Of a DNA stretch of 64,000 nucleotides, positions 38,888 to 52,777 are shown piece by piece. The stretch covers positions 215,448-279,447 of the forward strand of contig NMRA01000556.1 of assembly GCA_002633005.1 (NCBI GenBank), given 5' to 3'. The notes beneath the pieces were generated by a model that was not told where the DNA came from, ran no database searches, and saw nothing but the letters and a program-made list of their open reading frames with translations. How positions within the stretch are numbered: position 1 is the stretch's first letter; every line of letters starts with the position of its first letter. Made by a program: the position numbers and the translations under genes. The stretch is from Phoronis australis (Eukaryota > Animalia > Phoronida).

Positions 38888-41472
38888 TGCACTGGGACAC
38901 ACGTCCGTGTTCATATCCACCATCAAATTCTTCAGCACTGGCAAACCACTCGTCGATGACACAGAGCAATTATCCAATTTGCATTTTCTGAGTACTCCTC
39001 TTTGCACTTTCCTTAACGGTCGCTAACTGAAAGCAAATCGAAATTTGAGAATTTGATTATAATTTCAACAATATATTGAAGTATAATCGTATTCACAAAT
39101 GAAAGGAATATGTAATCCATATGCCAATATTCGTCGCTGCGAGCGTCGATAACGAGAATCATTCGTAAAGTATAGCACGAGGGTCCGGCAGGAAATTACA
39201 ATCGATAAATTTTGCACACGATAACTGAGTCCATGCTAATAATTTTTAAAAACGTAGAGATGATTCAATACACTATTCTTAGAACTCCATGAATAGAGCA
39301 CAATGTAAAGAAATACGCAACACTACTGAGTTGACCAGACAACGCAATTCCAGTGAAAGTGCGCATGCGCTTTCGCTTTCAGAAATTCTGGTATTTGGAC
39401 GACAATGCCAGACGCAAATTCACTCGGTTTAGTGATCAGGATGATCACTTTTGATATTGGACCAGATCTTACGGCTTTGTTCAAATAGACAATACAGTCC
39501 GCATACCGAACGCGTCAAGTATTCTGACTGCTAAGCCTGCGTTGCAGGTTTAAGATATTCTTCGCACAAATTTAGAACATGAAGAGTTTCGCGAGTCGAA
39601 ATATATATTAACTAGAATATATACATTTCGTAAATTTAAACCATGTTTGTGTTTTCCTTATTTGACAATTCATTTTTATGTTTGTAAAAGTGAGCGGGGT
39701 TTCCGCGGAATATGGCGGCAGTTGAGTGACTTCCCATAATGCATGAGCCAGATGTGACTCACTACCGACGACGGCCTTTTTAGGTGGTGGCCTGGTACGC
39801 CACCATAAACAAAAACTGAACTAGAAAACTCGTGTCAAATTTAATTGATTTTGGAATTATCTGCCCTTGTGTTCAATGAGCATTATTTGATTTTAATTTC
39901 GACTGAGATAGCTTGTGTTGATATCTATGTGACGAAAAGGTTTAACTAAAATGAAGCCGAAAGAGTATGTTTAAGTCATTTTGTGTACAATTTGGGCGCA
40001 GTATAGTGTGACTATTATGTAGATATCGTGGACGTGTACGCGTTGCGTGACGAGTCTTGTTCTGTTTTGAAAGTTTTTGATATTCCGAGATATTATAACA
40101 TTTCTAAACCCGGGTTTAACCTTTAGACTCTAACTGGAGCTCGAATGTATTTTTGGCATTTTCTGTTCTACGTTTGTACAAACTCGAGATAAGTGACTAT
40201 TATTGGATGCTCAAGTGCATATAGGCTTACGTCGATAACTGTCTAATTCTAGTTTGGACATGCTGAACCCGGCAAAAAGAACGAGTCTGGACTCAGGCGT
40301 TGAAATATTTAGCAAACTGAGGTTTTTTGCAGTCCGTATACTTTTTAGTTTGCATGCCATTAATAAATTAAATTCCATCGCGAAGTACCACATATTCAAC
40401 GCCCATGTTTATGCAATGAATTTATGGTCAGCACTTGTGATTTGCCAAGACAAACGTCGATTTCAGCAGATCCACTCTTATTACGAAATTGGTTGTTCCA
40501 ATTATCGTTGTCGTTCTGACACACGAAGAACAAATCAGAGACAATTGACCTCTAAGTTGATACACATTAAATTCAAATTTGGCTCTTGTCGTGCAACCAA
40601 ACGCAAAATTGTATTTATTCTGTTCCCAGTATATTCAGGGTTGCCAGATGCTATTTTTTCTGACAACCACGTACGTTCAATTTTGGAGCACATTTGAAAG
40701 TGACGATGGTGTTATTAAAATTCTAACGATTTGGAACGTTAGCCCCGATTTCTGGAGGTCCACAACTGAATCAGCATTCATACTTTTAGTTAGGTTGTGA
40801 TATCAAACAATGTTGCTATAAAACGCAATTTGTGAGATAAACGCAGCTTCTTTCAAAAATCTGAAAATGTCTGCGTCTCAACAACCCTGTGCAATGTACG
40901 TTCACATACTCATAGCATATATGCATGCAATCATTTTCAATCGTTGTTTTCGCTCCTTGCTGTCTAATTTAAGGTAAACCTGCATTTTATTGTAGAGCAC
41001 AAAGTAACAATCGACTTGTTGAATTCTCTACCTGGTTGTTCACCTCCTTGGTGCGCAAGAGCTACTCATGTCTAACGCGAAATCATCGACTTGTGCATTA
41101 TTCTGGCGGGATCAGCATTGCACAGTTTATTTATGACGCCTGAGGAGGGGAAGCAACGCTGAGCGTGGCATTTGGAAAATTTCTAGTGCGTAAACAAGAA
41201 CTTAGAAACCTGTTCTTCAAACGCCAATCAAGCGTCGTGAAATAGAGGTAGATGGATTATTTCGTGTTTTTATTGTTGCGAAAAACACTGTTCACTCTCC
41301 ACTTGGCAGGGACAAGGGAACTTAAACGAGTTAAATTTCCTAAACCTGTTAAACGCACTGGTGACGGATTCCAGGCGCATCGCATTCCTGGAGAATGCAA
41401 ACTTGGTATAGTCCGCCTTGCGGGATGGAGGCGGGGCTGATTCCGTTCATGCATTGTTCAACTTTGTGAACT

Positions 41473-41655
41473 CATCTAGTATCGCTTGTGCATACACATG
41501 TATTTGAACACATCTAGTATCGATAGTGCATGCACATGTATTTGAACACATCTAGTATCGCAAGTGCTTGCAAATGTATTTGAACACATCTAGTATCGCA
41601 AGTGCTTGCACATGTATTTGAACACATCTAGTATCGCTAGTGCATGCACATGTAT
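41473..41655. repeat. 38-bp minisatellite, about 4.8 copies
   Basis: CATCTAGTATCGCWAGTGCWTGCACATGTATTTGAACA starting at 41473, 41511, 41549, 41587 and 41625. Confidence 0.95.
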
Positions 41656-41974
41656 GTGCACTACTTGTAAGAAAGACATCTTTCAAGTTAATTAATGTTA
41701 AATATCAAAACTAAATGATGATGTAGAAGCGACATAACACATTAGACGAAATAAATTTACAAAATACTTAATGCTATACTTGACATAGCCCCACAAACGG
41801 CCACAAGGCCACACGTAAAATATCACCAGTTTTAAGAGGAAGGATTGGCAAAACCAACAGATTAATAGCGTAGCTTTTTAAAATCATGCTCAAATTGTTC
41901 AAAATGTCCCCCTCAGAGAAACAAAAACTACTAAAAAGTAAGAAAACGTAGCACGTGAATGTTAAAGAGACAGA

Positions 41975-42030
41975 GTAGCTCCGTACTCCCGTTTGGGAGA
42001 CCCGGGTTCGAATCTTGGCTTTACTGGCTG
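41975..42030 (+). repeat. Degenerate tRNA-derived fragment
   Basis: CTCCC-GTTT-GGGAG hairpin followed by ACCCGGGTTCGAATCTTGG (T-arm/B-box); D-arm missing. Confidence 0.35.
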
Positions 42031-44843
42031 ACAATCGAGAATTGCACAAAAGTGTCTTCTACTCCTCCGTCTTACTAGTGAATGTATGCAAGGGATTGAA
42101 AAAGAATGCAAAAGCGATTTCCGGGGATGTGTTTTAAAAAATCTTAGTAAAAGGTCCACATTCTCAAAAATTCGAGCCCCCATGTTTTATGCTGGGTGCA
42201 CACGTTAATGCTGATGGAATCTCGGATAAAACATTGATACAAAATAACATGGCGGTATAATGCGCCCAACGATCACAAAATGGCGAGCAAAGTTCATGCA
42301 CTGAATAATGGATTTATTTAAACTAAAATAAGCCAAGTAATGCCTACTCAAGGCTTATATATGGCAAACAGATTTGGAAATTGGTACATCTTTTTTAAGA
42401 AATAAACTTATAATACAGCATTTTCTTTCTAACACACGGATCGTAACCTGTACAAGTTACGCGTCTCCAAAATCCACCACGCCATCTTGCGATGTTTAAA
42501 CTCCATCTTAATAACAAAAGACACGTGCGTAACCACTCCGCGCAGGTTCTGGTAGGCATGAACTGTTGGAATGGCCATAAAGCTAACCAGTCGCATACTC
42601 ACATAAGACGAAAACCGTCAAGCAGGTGTAATAGCACACCCGCCATTTGGAAATCTATGAAATGTGTATTTACAACAAAAAATCTTTTGCTGCTTTTCAG
42701 CTAGAGATGGATAAAAGGGCCTATTCAGGGTGGGAGACGCTCGGGCACCTAGGCAACAAGGTTTTGGCCTCTTACTTAAAGCGTGGAAAAGTCGCTGGTG
42801 AAGTATTTGAATTGGATCAACACTGTCGGAATACGGCCTGTACATGTAGCATTCCAATATCCCATTTATATATCGGGCGTTCCGTAATGACGTGATAAAT
42901 CGTCGCGAGATAGCGACATTTACAATAGAAGGATATAATTTCACTAGTTTCACTTGAGAGTGTGTTGCGTCTTTCGCATCCTCCACCCCCCCNCCCCCCC
43001 CCTCCTCCCTCATCTGCCCCTCTCTCTATCCTGCTACTTTAACAGAGCACAGATGCAGTGTTCTACTATCTGACGAAATGCTTACAATGTATCACTAAAA
43101 AGCCATACACTCACGACTAACCATAAACTAAACACACAGAGTCTTTTAATTGCAAACCCTTATTGTATATACGTAAACTCGTATCCCGCAAAGACAATGT
43201 TCTCACCATAGGGATTTGCGCCACAATTGATATCAATGGGATCGTGGATGGGACGCACTTATGTACTGACTCACCTTGAACAAACGAAGGTGTGGGCTTC
43301 TTCACTTCCCGGAACCTTTAATCCAAGTGACTCGATAGATTTTTTGCCCCTCCTCGACCACCGAGTGATTAAGGGCGAATCTGACGCACAAGCCTCTTGC
43401 TTAACTATCTAAATGAACCCTGACGGAGTTTGAGATCTCGCACTCTGCGAAACCTTGCCAACAAACAAGGCCTCGAAAATGTGTAAAATCCATTAAGTTA
43501 TTTACCTAAGGCTATGAGGTAACGGTATACGGATCGACACTTTTCATCATGTTGATTAGAAACAAACAATTTATCGGATTCAGGTATCACGAGGTATCTT
43601 GAGATTTTTTTGCGCCGCTTGCAAATCACTAGAAGTAAACATTGCGTTTTGATTGACTTAGTGCTTTCTCCTGGCTCACTTTCCTCGGGGCCGTTATGTA
43701 GGATCAGAAAACACACACCACACTCGCAATACTGATTGTAATGAATGGGAATGAGAGTGCATTTGAAGAGTTGGCATTTGAAACCGAAATTCTAGTAAGT
43801 ACAAATTCGAACTAAATTTCATTCTTAGAATCAAATTGGAGGTTTGTGTTTTGGACTGGTCGTCCACATCCCATATAATGTAATAATGACTGTCTGGTGA
43901 CAACTATGAAGTTCTACTGTTTGTTAATAAAAATAAATTACCAACGATTTCAAACTGTTTGAGTTCGTGTAGGATTTACTGTTCAAATTATTAAGCTGAA
44001 ACATCTACCATGACAAAATACTTGACTGCAGGCAATCTGAATCGAAACTTCAGCTCCATATTTTATAGACATAAACAGTTACATGTATGAGTGCAAAAAC
44101 ACCTTCCTTGCGCATGCTGAGTTTTTTGTATCAGACCTCCGTTAAAACCATCGACTGCCTTTTACATTTACCTTGCATTTTCAAGCATAACACTTTTCCG
44201 TTAGACTGTGCTGGTTGAGATTTGAACATAACTAGAAAATAAGCCAACACAATATTCTTCGCTCATCATTCGCCGGCAAAATTCGGCTGACGTTTTCTGG
44301 ACCACACCGTCGTGTTACGGCGAGATTAATCGCAAAGTATTCTAACATGTGTTCTGACAGTGACATTTCTAGCTATAATATCGCATGGTCGGTTGAAATA
44401 GAACGCCCGATTTTCATGCGATTTTTTCCATACGGCAGAAGCCATGCACGAAAATCGGATTACTTACTGTCTACACAGTCCAAATGTGGTCGCCGACTTT
44501 GTACACTTTATACAAAAGTCTGGCTATGTAGAAAGAGTCTTTGTTGACCATACTTTATAATACAAATGCGCGTAACCCGCCCCAAGTTAGCCTTGCCTCT
44601 TTTCTTACTGCTACCGCTTCAGTCACGGGCGAGAGATTATTAAGCATTGTATAACCAGCGGCACTGCTAATGAGGCGGAAGTTCGTACGAGTTCCGCCTA
44701 CACCATTAGGTAATAATTATTAGGAAAAAAGATTCGTGATTAACAGCTGAATCGGCTGCCACCATTAGCACGTCTCATCACTGGGGCTATGTAAGCGTAA
44801 ACATGCTATGAAAACGGATATGGTTGATGCAGTGCTGCATATT

Positions 44844-45335
44844 TCTGATTTATGTCTGATATAAATCGGAATTATGTATGACATGAATCGGATTTATATC
44901 TGAAATAAGTCAGATTTATGTCAGACATAAATGAATTTAGGTCTGACATAATTCTTAAATAATATCGTACACAAGTCATTATGGTCAGCATTATTTTTCT
45001 ATTTAAGTGAAAGATAAACAAGATTGATATCCGACATTATTCTATTTATATCAGACATGAATCGTATTTATGTCTGGCATAAGTCAGCCAATGAATGAGA
45101 TTTCCCGTACCTTCATTGATTCATTTTATGTCCCATATAAACATAATACGGGTGGGTTTCAATATGATTTACATTCGATGTATGGTTGGCAATAATTTAT
45201 GTTCGATATTATTCGAGAATTCTTTAACATATTAATTATTTTATAGACATTAATATTTATGTCTCTCATAAATCTGATTGACGCCAAGACATAATTCGCA
45301 TTGGTGTCAGATACAACTTCGATTTATGTCAGACA
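44844..45335. repeat. Degenerate array of self-complementary motifs of about 20 bp
   Basis: Recurrent ATTTATGTCWGAYATAAAT variants in both orientations. Confidence 0.6.
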
Positions 45336-47604
45336 CAAATCCAAAATGTGTAGCGCTTCGCAAGCCACAGGCGGAGGATATCGGGCCAAAGAAAGAAACA
45401 TATTTTTACGTTGGAGCGCATTTTAGAACTCGGCTGAACATGAGATGACCGAACCGGACCCCGATTGCCGTGTAAGATATATGTACAAGACTTTTGGAGC
45501 TTGACAAGACGGAGTGTAAAGAGGTGAGCACCGATGCGATCATTCAATTAACATTGAGAGATGGAGTGCTTCCAATTTTACTTCTACATTCGTTCCAGTC
45601 AAGAAACACATCGGACTAACGTCTACACAGTCTGAATCCAAAACAACCCGAAAAGATAATGAAACGTAGGGATTATGCCGAACACGTTCAACTGCACGTA
45701 TTATTTATTCTTGCACAGGATGTGACAAGTGCACGACCTAAAAAAGAATTCATAAGTTCATTTTCCAAACCCTTTAAGTTTCTTTAATCAAAAATATCTT
45801 AATTCTGGATTGATATTTAATTAAGTATGCCTGAAATTACTTAATATTAACAACTGCCTCACATCACTAACCATACAGTACCATCCTCACATAATTTTGT
45901 ACTTCAAAAATAGAAGAGCGTAGCTAAAAAGTTGCTTATCGGACACTCCTTACCTATCTTCACCCTTTGAAGGACGAACTTTTATGACTCCTTTGAAGAA
46001 ATTAGAAAGTGTCACAAATAATTGTATACATAATCAAGACTGCCAAAGTGCAGTCGAGTTTGATTTCCGGAATGCCGCAGACCTCTAACCTGCGGAGTTA
46101 CTGAAAACTTCTACCAATGTGCCCATCTTTCAAAACTGATGGTTAAGGCGTTTTTACATGGCATAAATCTACGAAACCCTACACAATATCACAGCACTGT
46201 ACAAAAAACATGGCATGGTAGGATCATGATGCGAGATGAACACACTATCTCCGAAGTCCGACTTCGACTACATTCCTGGCATTCCTTCACGTGAATGTTT
46301 TATCAAGAAGATTATGTCTAGAGAAGAACTAGAGACGAGCGTAGACACAGCTTGGAAAATTCAACGAAACACTCTAACAATGCAACACTGCCATCTTTGA
46401 CAATGCTACGTGTAAAGAAAATGCCTAAACTGGACACGTGCCTATTGAGTAGCTTACCACGTTGGGTTACATTCAGTGGAGGCCAAAAATTGCTCGATCA
46501 AATGAACCAAACATTTTAGGAGTTTGACAAGAACATGCAAGTATTCGAACAGTGGCAGATTTTGGATGCTATATAGGGAAGGGGGCAACCGCAGTTTTGA
46601 GAGAAAACATCTATCTAAGCCCTAATACGTCATGCTGACGGCATTGTTGTTTTTCCCTTTTTGATCATGCACGCCATTCTCTCCGGAGAAATGACATTAT
46701 TAATTCTTTGTAACGTGTTCGTAACGTAGCCTGTCCTAATTTCGTAGCCTGTGCTACGCAAATAATCGTTTAACGTAATTTATCAACTTATTTGCATGCA
46801 TGCAGCATGTGCATTCAGTAGACCCAAGGAATTTGCAAAACCGCAAGATCACACCACAGTTCTCGAGATACCGCCATGCATTACTGTCGGAACACGCTAT
46901 CTTTCTCGCAAGTGTCTTGCGAGCTATGTTCCGTAGACCAGTTTTGCGCATGCAATAAAATGGAAATAAATTAGTAGCATTTTAAAGAGTGTCGCGAATT
47001 CGCAAAAATGTTTGTCGCGGGAGCAGTGCGGACCACTGTTCAAAATCCAATTGCTCTGTTGCAAACGTAGCTTTTTGAATTCCGGCATTCTATCTTGGCA
47101 GCGACAAACAGGTTCATATTAAAGACCTAACGGGTGGGGCCTTAGCTCCTTCGCAACTTCGGTTAAAAATTCCATCGACGTCCGCCAATAACTGTTTTAA
47201 TTAAAACCGAAGAGCCAAATGACTGCAGACTGACAAACGCGAAAACATACTTAACCTCGTTTCGGGTCTTACTTGGGGAGGATGAACGATTCGCGACCTG
47301 TAGTAATCCTTTCGATGACGCAAGAGTTAAAGGGGAGTAAACCCGCACGGTCTGTTGAAAAAACATTTGATTTGGGCCCCTTGCCTTATAAAATCAGCCT
47401 CGAATTGTACCTTGCTGAGGTTAGTCACGGCTTGCAGCATAACTGGTACTGTAGGTGATTGCTTCATGTCAGGCCTTATTGGGTTGTTTGAGTGGTTAAA
47501 TTCAGTGACCAGTGCAGTATGGCCGTCCGGGTAATTTTAGGCGATTTTTTTATGTGCAAGTTCTATTCAAACAATGGATAAGAACGCGATTACGTTGACT
47601 TGGA

Positions 47605-47777
47605 CATGGGCGCACCCGGGGGGGGGGGAGTCGGGAGGCTCAAATGAGCCCCCTATTTGGCGAAGGCAGGGACTTCCAAAAGTCGGCGAATGCACAATAG
47701 GGTAACCCGCTAATCTTAGTAAAAGATCCACATTCCCCAACATTAGAGCCCCCATTTTTAGGCTGGGTGCGCACGTG
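47605..47777. mobile_element. MITE with GC-rich TIRs; partial sibling at about 42142-42205
   Basis: CATGGGCGCACCCG ... CTGGGTGCGCACGTG with flanks TTGGA/TTGGT. The 3' half CTTAGTAAAAG(A/G)TCCACATT..GAGCCCCCAT..GCTGGGTGC is shared with the 42.1-kb copy. Confidence 0.65.
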
Positions 47778-50700
47778 TTGGTACAGCAAATATACCTGTA
47801 ACAGTGAAGATAGTTAAATGTTTCCGACCATAGTTTATAGCGTCACAACCCTTTCCCCTTTCGTACTGTAGTCTGGAAAGAGCGTCCACGCACTTTGCAG
47901 ACGGTTTTGAAACGCGAGTTTTTACTTTTACTGACTCATTGACAGTTCACATTGGCAAAACATCGTCCCATCGCTTTTGTTTGTGCAGTCGGACTCAAGG
48001 AACCGTCATTGGTGAAAATAAATAGTCGATATTCGTAGTCAAGATGAAATAGAAATTACACATGTAGATAAACAATGATTTGAAATCATTTTCACACATT
48101 TGCATGCATAAGCATGAATAATATAAATGTCCCCATATGTCTAGATTTAATCCCACAAGTATCGTCTAGGAGATAATTGTCGCTCAGTACTCACCCAGTG
48201 TCCAGGTTTTAACGTAGCTCGACGTCGGAAACCATGATCAGAAAAACGAATTAAGACAAAACAGCATGTAATTACAGACACGATGATTCATGTGCAGTGT
48301 GAGCGCATTCTGTCATAGCTACTGTGGGACTGTGAACGATAACACACAAGTATGAACAATTCTTTACATAAGCATCGGCACCTTGAACTACATGGCGCTA
48401 GATTCATACTTACTGAATATTGAATCAAGTTATTCCAAGCGCAATCCATGTCAGAAACAAATTCTTGGGGCAAATGAAAAAAAGCTTGACTCAGTGGCCT
48501 AGCCGGGTTAATTTGGCGATAAGACAGAATTCATTAAGAAAATCCCTGACTCCATTTGTCAAATACTGAGACTTAAAGAACAGAGCTGACGCTAGATATA
48601 CAACGACCGAGGGCCAATTAACTTCAATCAACAAGCACTGAATTAGATGTAGAGACAGAAATATCATCGAGTTATCGCCACTGTTCTGCGCAAGGCGACT
48701 TATGGGTGATAAAACGTCATTTGAAATCTTAAATACGCAGAAGTAATTCTCATTTTTACTCCATAATTCGAACATAAAAAATAACGAATTGAGCTCAAAT
48801 GATTTTCGTTTAACTTCGTTCCATGTTTTCCGCATATTTCAAATGGTGTTCGTGGCTTCCAAGAACTGTGAAGAACTCTGAAGTCACCGGCAGATATGTT
48901 ATGAAACATCATGCGTGACTCGTCGGTTGTGCTCGTCCGCCTGTCACCACCGCACGGATAAGACGCAGCGCGACTACAAGCTCATTCATGTGCCGTTTTG
49001 TGAGTCGGCGCAGAATTTATTAATAATTTAATTTAAAGAGAACCAACTCCATTGTCTGTTTGAAGTTTTACGACACCACAAATAAGTAGACAGGTATCAA
49101 TTATTGTGGTAAGCGTGCCTGAATTTCCGTAAAACATTCCAAAAATTGTCACGTTCTGTTTTATACTGGTTTATAGTACTGACACAATTGCCCATAATTT
49201 TACTATGACCATTTGAAGACAACTGCTCGAGACATCAATCAACTCTACTCACTACTAATTTCTATTAAAACGATTTCACAAAATAAAACTACGTGTCTGC
49301 AACAATGACAATTAAATTCAATAATTATCGTCGTAACCTTTGCAAAAACACAGCAAAGTGCGACCACTGAATTGCATTCATAGTAGAATTTGCTCGGTCC
49401 ACAAAAACTAAAGTTACATACAGTGTACACTATATACCACGTGTTAGTTCCACCATAAGGGTTCATGTTATCGTCTTCTATTTGAGCACGTACAATCAAT
49501 ATCCCATTACACCAAGCTACTTATAAACACATATCGCTTGGTATGAGCAGGGTTCCATCTGTCGCACTAAATTTCAATAACACTTGATTAATCCCTGAAT
49601 TTCGAAGACACAGTCTCCACACTTTGTTGTTATGTTGTAAATATTGAATGACACACAACGCGACTCCATCACAAATGTTGAGCCTGTCCATTTGACGATG
49701 CGGAATCGGTGAGATATAAGAAATGACAGTCGCTAACCAGATCCTCGATAGTGTTTACGATATTGATGTAAATGGCAATCAGTCATAACTTGTGCTAAGA
49801 ACGTTCTCTAATAATGGTAATACCGACATGTATTTTTCATTATTCATGTGCACCAAATGCACAAGGCATCCTAATACGTCCGATGACTTCACTGGCCTAC
49901 CTGTTGGCAGTAGACAATTACCCGTTCAGCACCAATGGATATAACGTCGTTTAAAACATGTGCAAGGGGATAACAATGTCGATATTTTAATACTGTTAGT
50001 ATGTGTGCCAAATTTTACAAGATCACTCTTCGGACCACCTAAACTCCGTTAATTGTTTCTGCGGCCAGGGTCTGTTACCTTCATCTTTTGAATCATTCAC
50101 GCCGTGTATCTTAAAGCAAAGCGCAATCTTGAAGATTTCGTCAACTGAGTTACATTTATTTTTTGTAGAAGTAACATAATGTGGAACTTGTTCTTTTATA
50201 AGTAGTCTCATACGTCAGCATGGCCATGACATTCCGTCAACAAGTTTGAAAACTGAAAGTTGCCGGTACCGAATCTAGAATGCACAGGGTTACATGTGTA
50301 TGGGCTTTTCTAAACATAGGTACTGGACGAAGTCGTACCTTTGGCTATCCTTTTTCGCATACGTTTAGGGGTGTTCCGCGGTACCTGATAATGAAAGCGG
50401 ATAAACACTTCTCCAAAGGACGGAACATTCATATCTGACAAAAAAAAATATGCTAATTAGTGGGGAAAGCTAGATAAAGTTCCATAAATATGAGAACTTT
50501 TGATTATGGGATAAAAGTAGTAATAGCAACTTGTTTGTTTAAAAGTTTCTTGAATACAATCTGTTAATACATGTACATACTGGCGGCGGTGAGCTGCCTC
50601 GTGATATCTAAGGGACCGGTGAGTTGACAAAAATCGTGTAGCTAATGTTAACCAATCGTTATGTAGGGAACTGTTACAATTTTAAGATGCATGATCTCAT

Positions 50701-52777
50701 TAAATTGTGATTATGCACATGAAGTATTAACCATCAAACAACTCCGGGAATCCCAGTACGCAGGAAGCCATACGAAATTCTCGTTTTGCGACACTATTTC
50801 TGTGTACATGAGTATGGTGGCTCACGGAGGACGAAGACCCGATGCCGGCCAAGAGAACAAAGAAGGCATGTAATTTCATTTTGTCGCCACCTTGGACGAC
50901 ATTCAACATCACTCCATCTTGTGTCTTTGGTAGAGCTAATTCCACAACGCCCACAATTCTTAGGACGACACAGGAATGCCTGAGCACAGCAAAGTGAATA
51001 AATACACAGTTTTTATCATTTGTTTACTTCACTATCAAATAACGATTGCGTAATTTTGGAATCGCATGTTTTTACGTGCATCAGTTGCTTTGCATTTTTA
51101 AACCGCATTTTACTTACAACATTTTTCTTTCTCCGGTTATATTTGTACACGCAGTTCTCTAGGAAGTCACTAGGTGAAGCTTAATGTAAATTTATTAAAG
51201 GAGCTTCGATTCAAAGCTTGGGACAGCAGATGAGGCGTTTGGTTATTAATCCTTAAAGTTATCCCTACAGAGGGTGCTACTATAGTTACACGTCGTAGTT
51301 GTTACTGCATCATTCAACAGCAGGTCTGGACTATTGAAATTAATGGTTAGTACGCAACGATCTAGTATTTTATCGTTCCTTTTCCGCCCATGCACAATCA
51401 CAGAGCATAACTGCTGTTTTAACTGCACAATAGGAGGCGTGTTCACTAGTATATAATTTCAGTTGTTTTGAATACTACAAGACCAGCTAAGTCTTAATTG
51501 TTCCCACGTCTTCTCAGAGTGATAATTACTCATACCACGGCATAATTTGCCGTTCTCTTCCAATTATTCGAGACCGGGATGGAAAAACCGATTATCATCG
51601 TCCATTGTTTTTCTCCGATGAATCGCGTTTGCAACGCTGTTGGATGGGCGTCGTAACTGACCTCCGGACAGAGTGTTGCTAGTGATTGCTATAAGATTTG
51701 TCACAACTTGATCCTTACACACGAGAAATGCTTGACATTCCTGGTCTTGAAAAAAAAAACTGGCTGTTAAATTCTAACAAGCAATTTCAACTCAACTAAA
51801 ATATAATCTAAACGCTTCCTAATTTGGGAAGATATATGCACCTTTGCTGGATTAAATTTTAAATTCTAAATTCTAAATTCAATAAGATACTCGCTTATTT
51901 GTGCTGACCTGTTGTTAAGGTCAGGCAACAGATTTATGTGCAAAACCGCTTAATATTCCCTCTAAGATATTATAGATTTATACCACTCACCGCTATTTAA
52001 CTGACCACAACTCATTCTTCTCTCAAACGAGACTACTGCTTTCTGATAATGAAAATAGTTCGTCATTGCCTAAAACCATGCTCGGTGTATAAAATGGCTG
52101 ACTTTCACGAGAGAGTGAGATTGTTGAGCTTAGTCCCAAGCATACAGTGCAAAAGAACTGTCTGTTACATCCGAGCAAAGAAATCATCATTGATGCGGAC
52201 AAATCGATATGGTAAGTGAATTAAATAAAAAAACAGCTTCAGACGAAAGGTTTGTTTCTTGGCCTAAAAGGTATAGACCGGGAAATTTATAAACGCAAAC
52301 GTTCACCCAACTTGCAAAGAGATATAAAGCGCATCCCACCAACCATTCGCTCTCCCCGTTACCTCAGTACGCTAACATCGGACACGTTGCTAACATAACA
52401 CACAGACTAAGCTTAAGACAACCCCATACAAGAGTCATTTGGATGAATGGGTGTCACTTTTTGCCTAACATAGACTCTTTAGACAACCCAAAAGAGAAAC
52501 AGTTGGATTGGAATGACTGTTGATGTAGACACCACGCGCGCACATCGGCTGATCCGGAACAAACGCAGATTTTCCGTCGGGTGAACGCTTCCTCAGTGCG
52601 ATGTGCGAACTTCTGACTTGAAGCCAATCATTCTCAATTTTGAAAGTGGAAAGACTTGCCATATGACTGAAGTCGCACGCGCGGAGATAACTTACACTTC
52701 CGAGAGGAAATACGCGATCCCGTGGTCTGTCTGCCATGCATGTGCCCTACATGTATCCATGCAGTACCTTCATTGTT

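Noticed and set aside
40636-40889. hAT-like MITE with CAGGGTTG...CAACCCTG ends
   Set aside because: Only an 8-bp inverted match and no TSD; insufficient support.
41473-41655. 38-bp array as a CRISPR repeat
   Set aside because: Pure tandem repeat without spacers.
41975-42030. Functional tRNA gene
   Set aside because: Only the T-arm/B-box and one hairpin are present; no A-box, D-arm or acceptor stem.
48288-50987. Multi-exon secreted phospholipase A2-like gene
   Set aside because: No YGCxCG or CCxxHDxC catalytic exon could be found.
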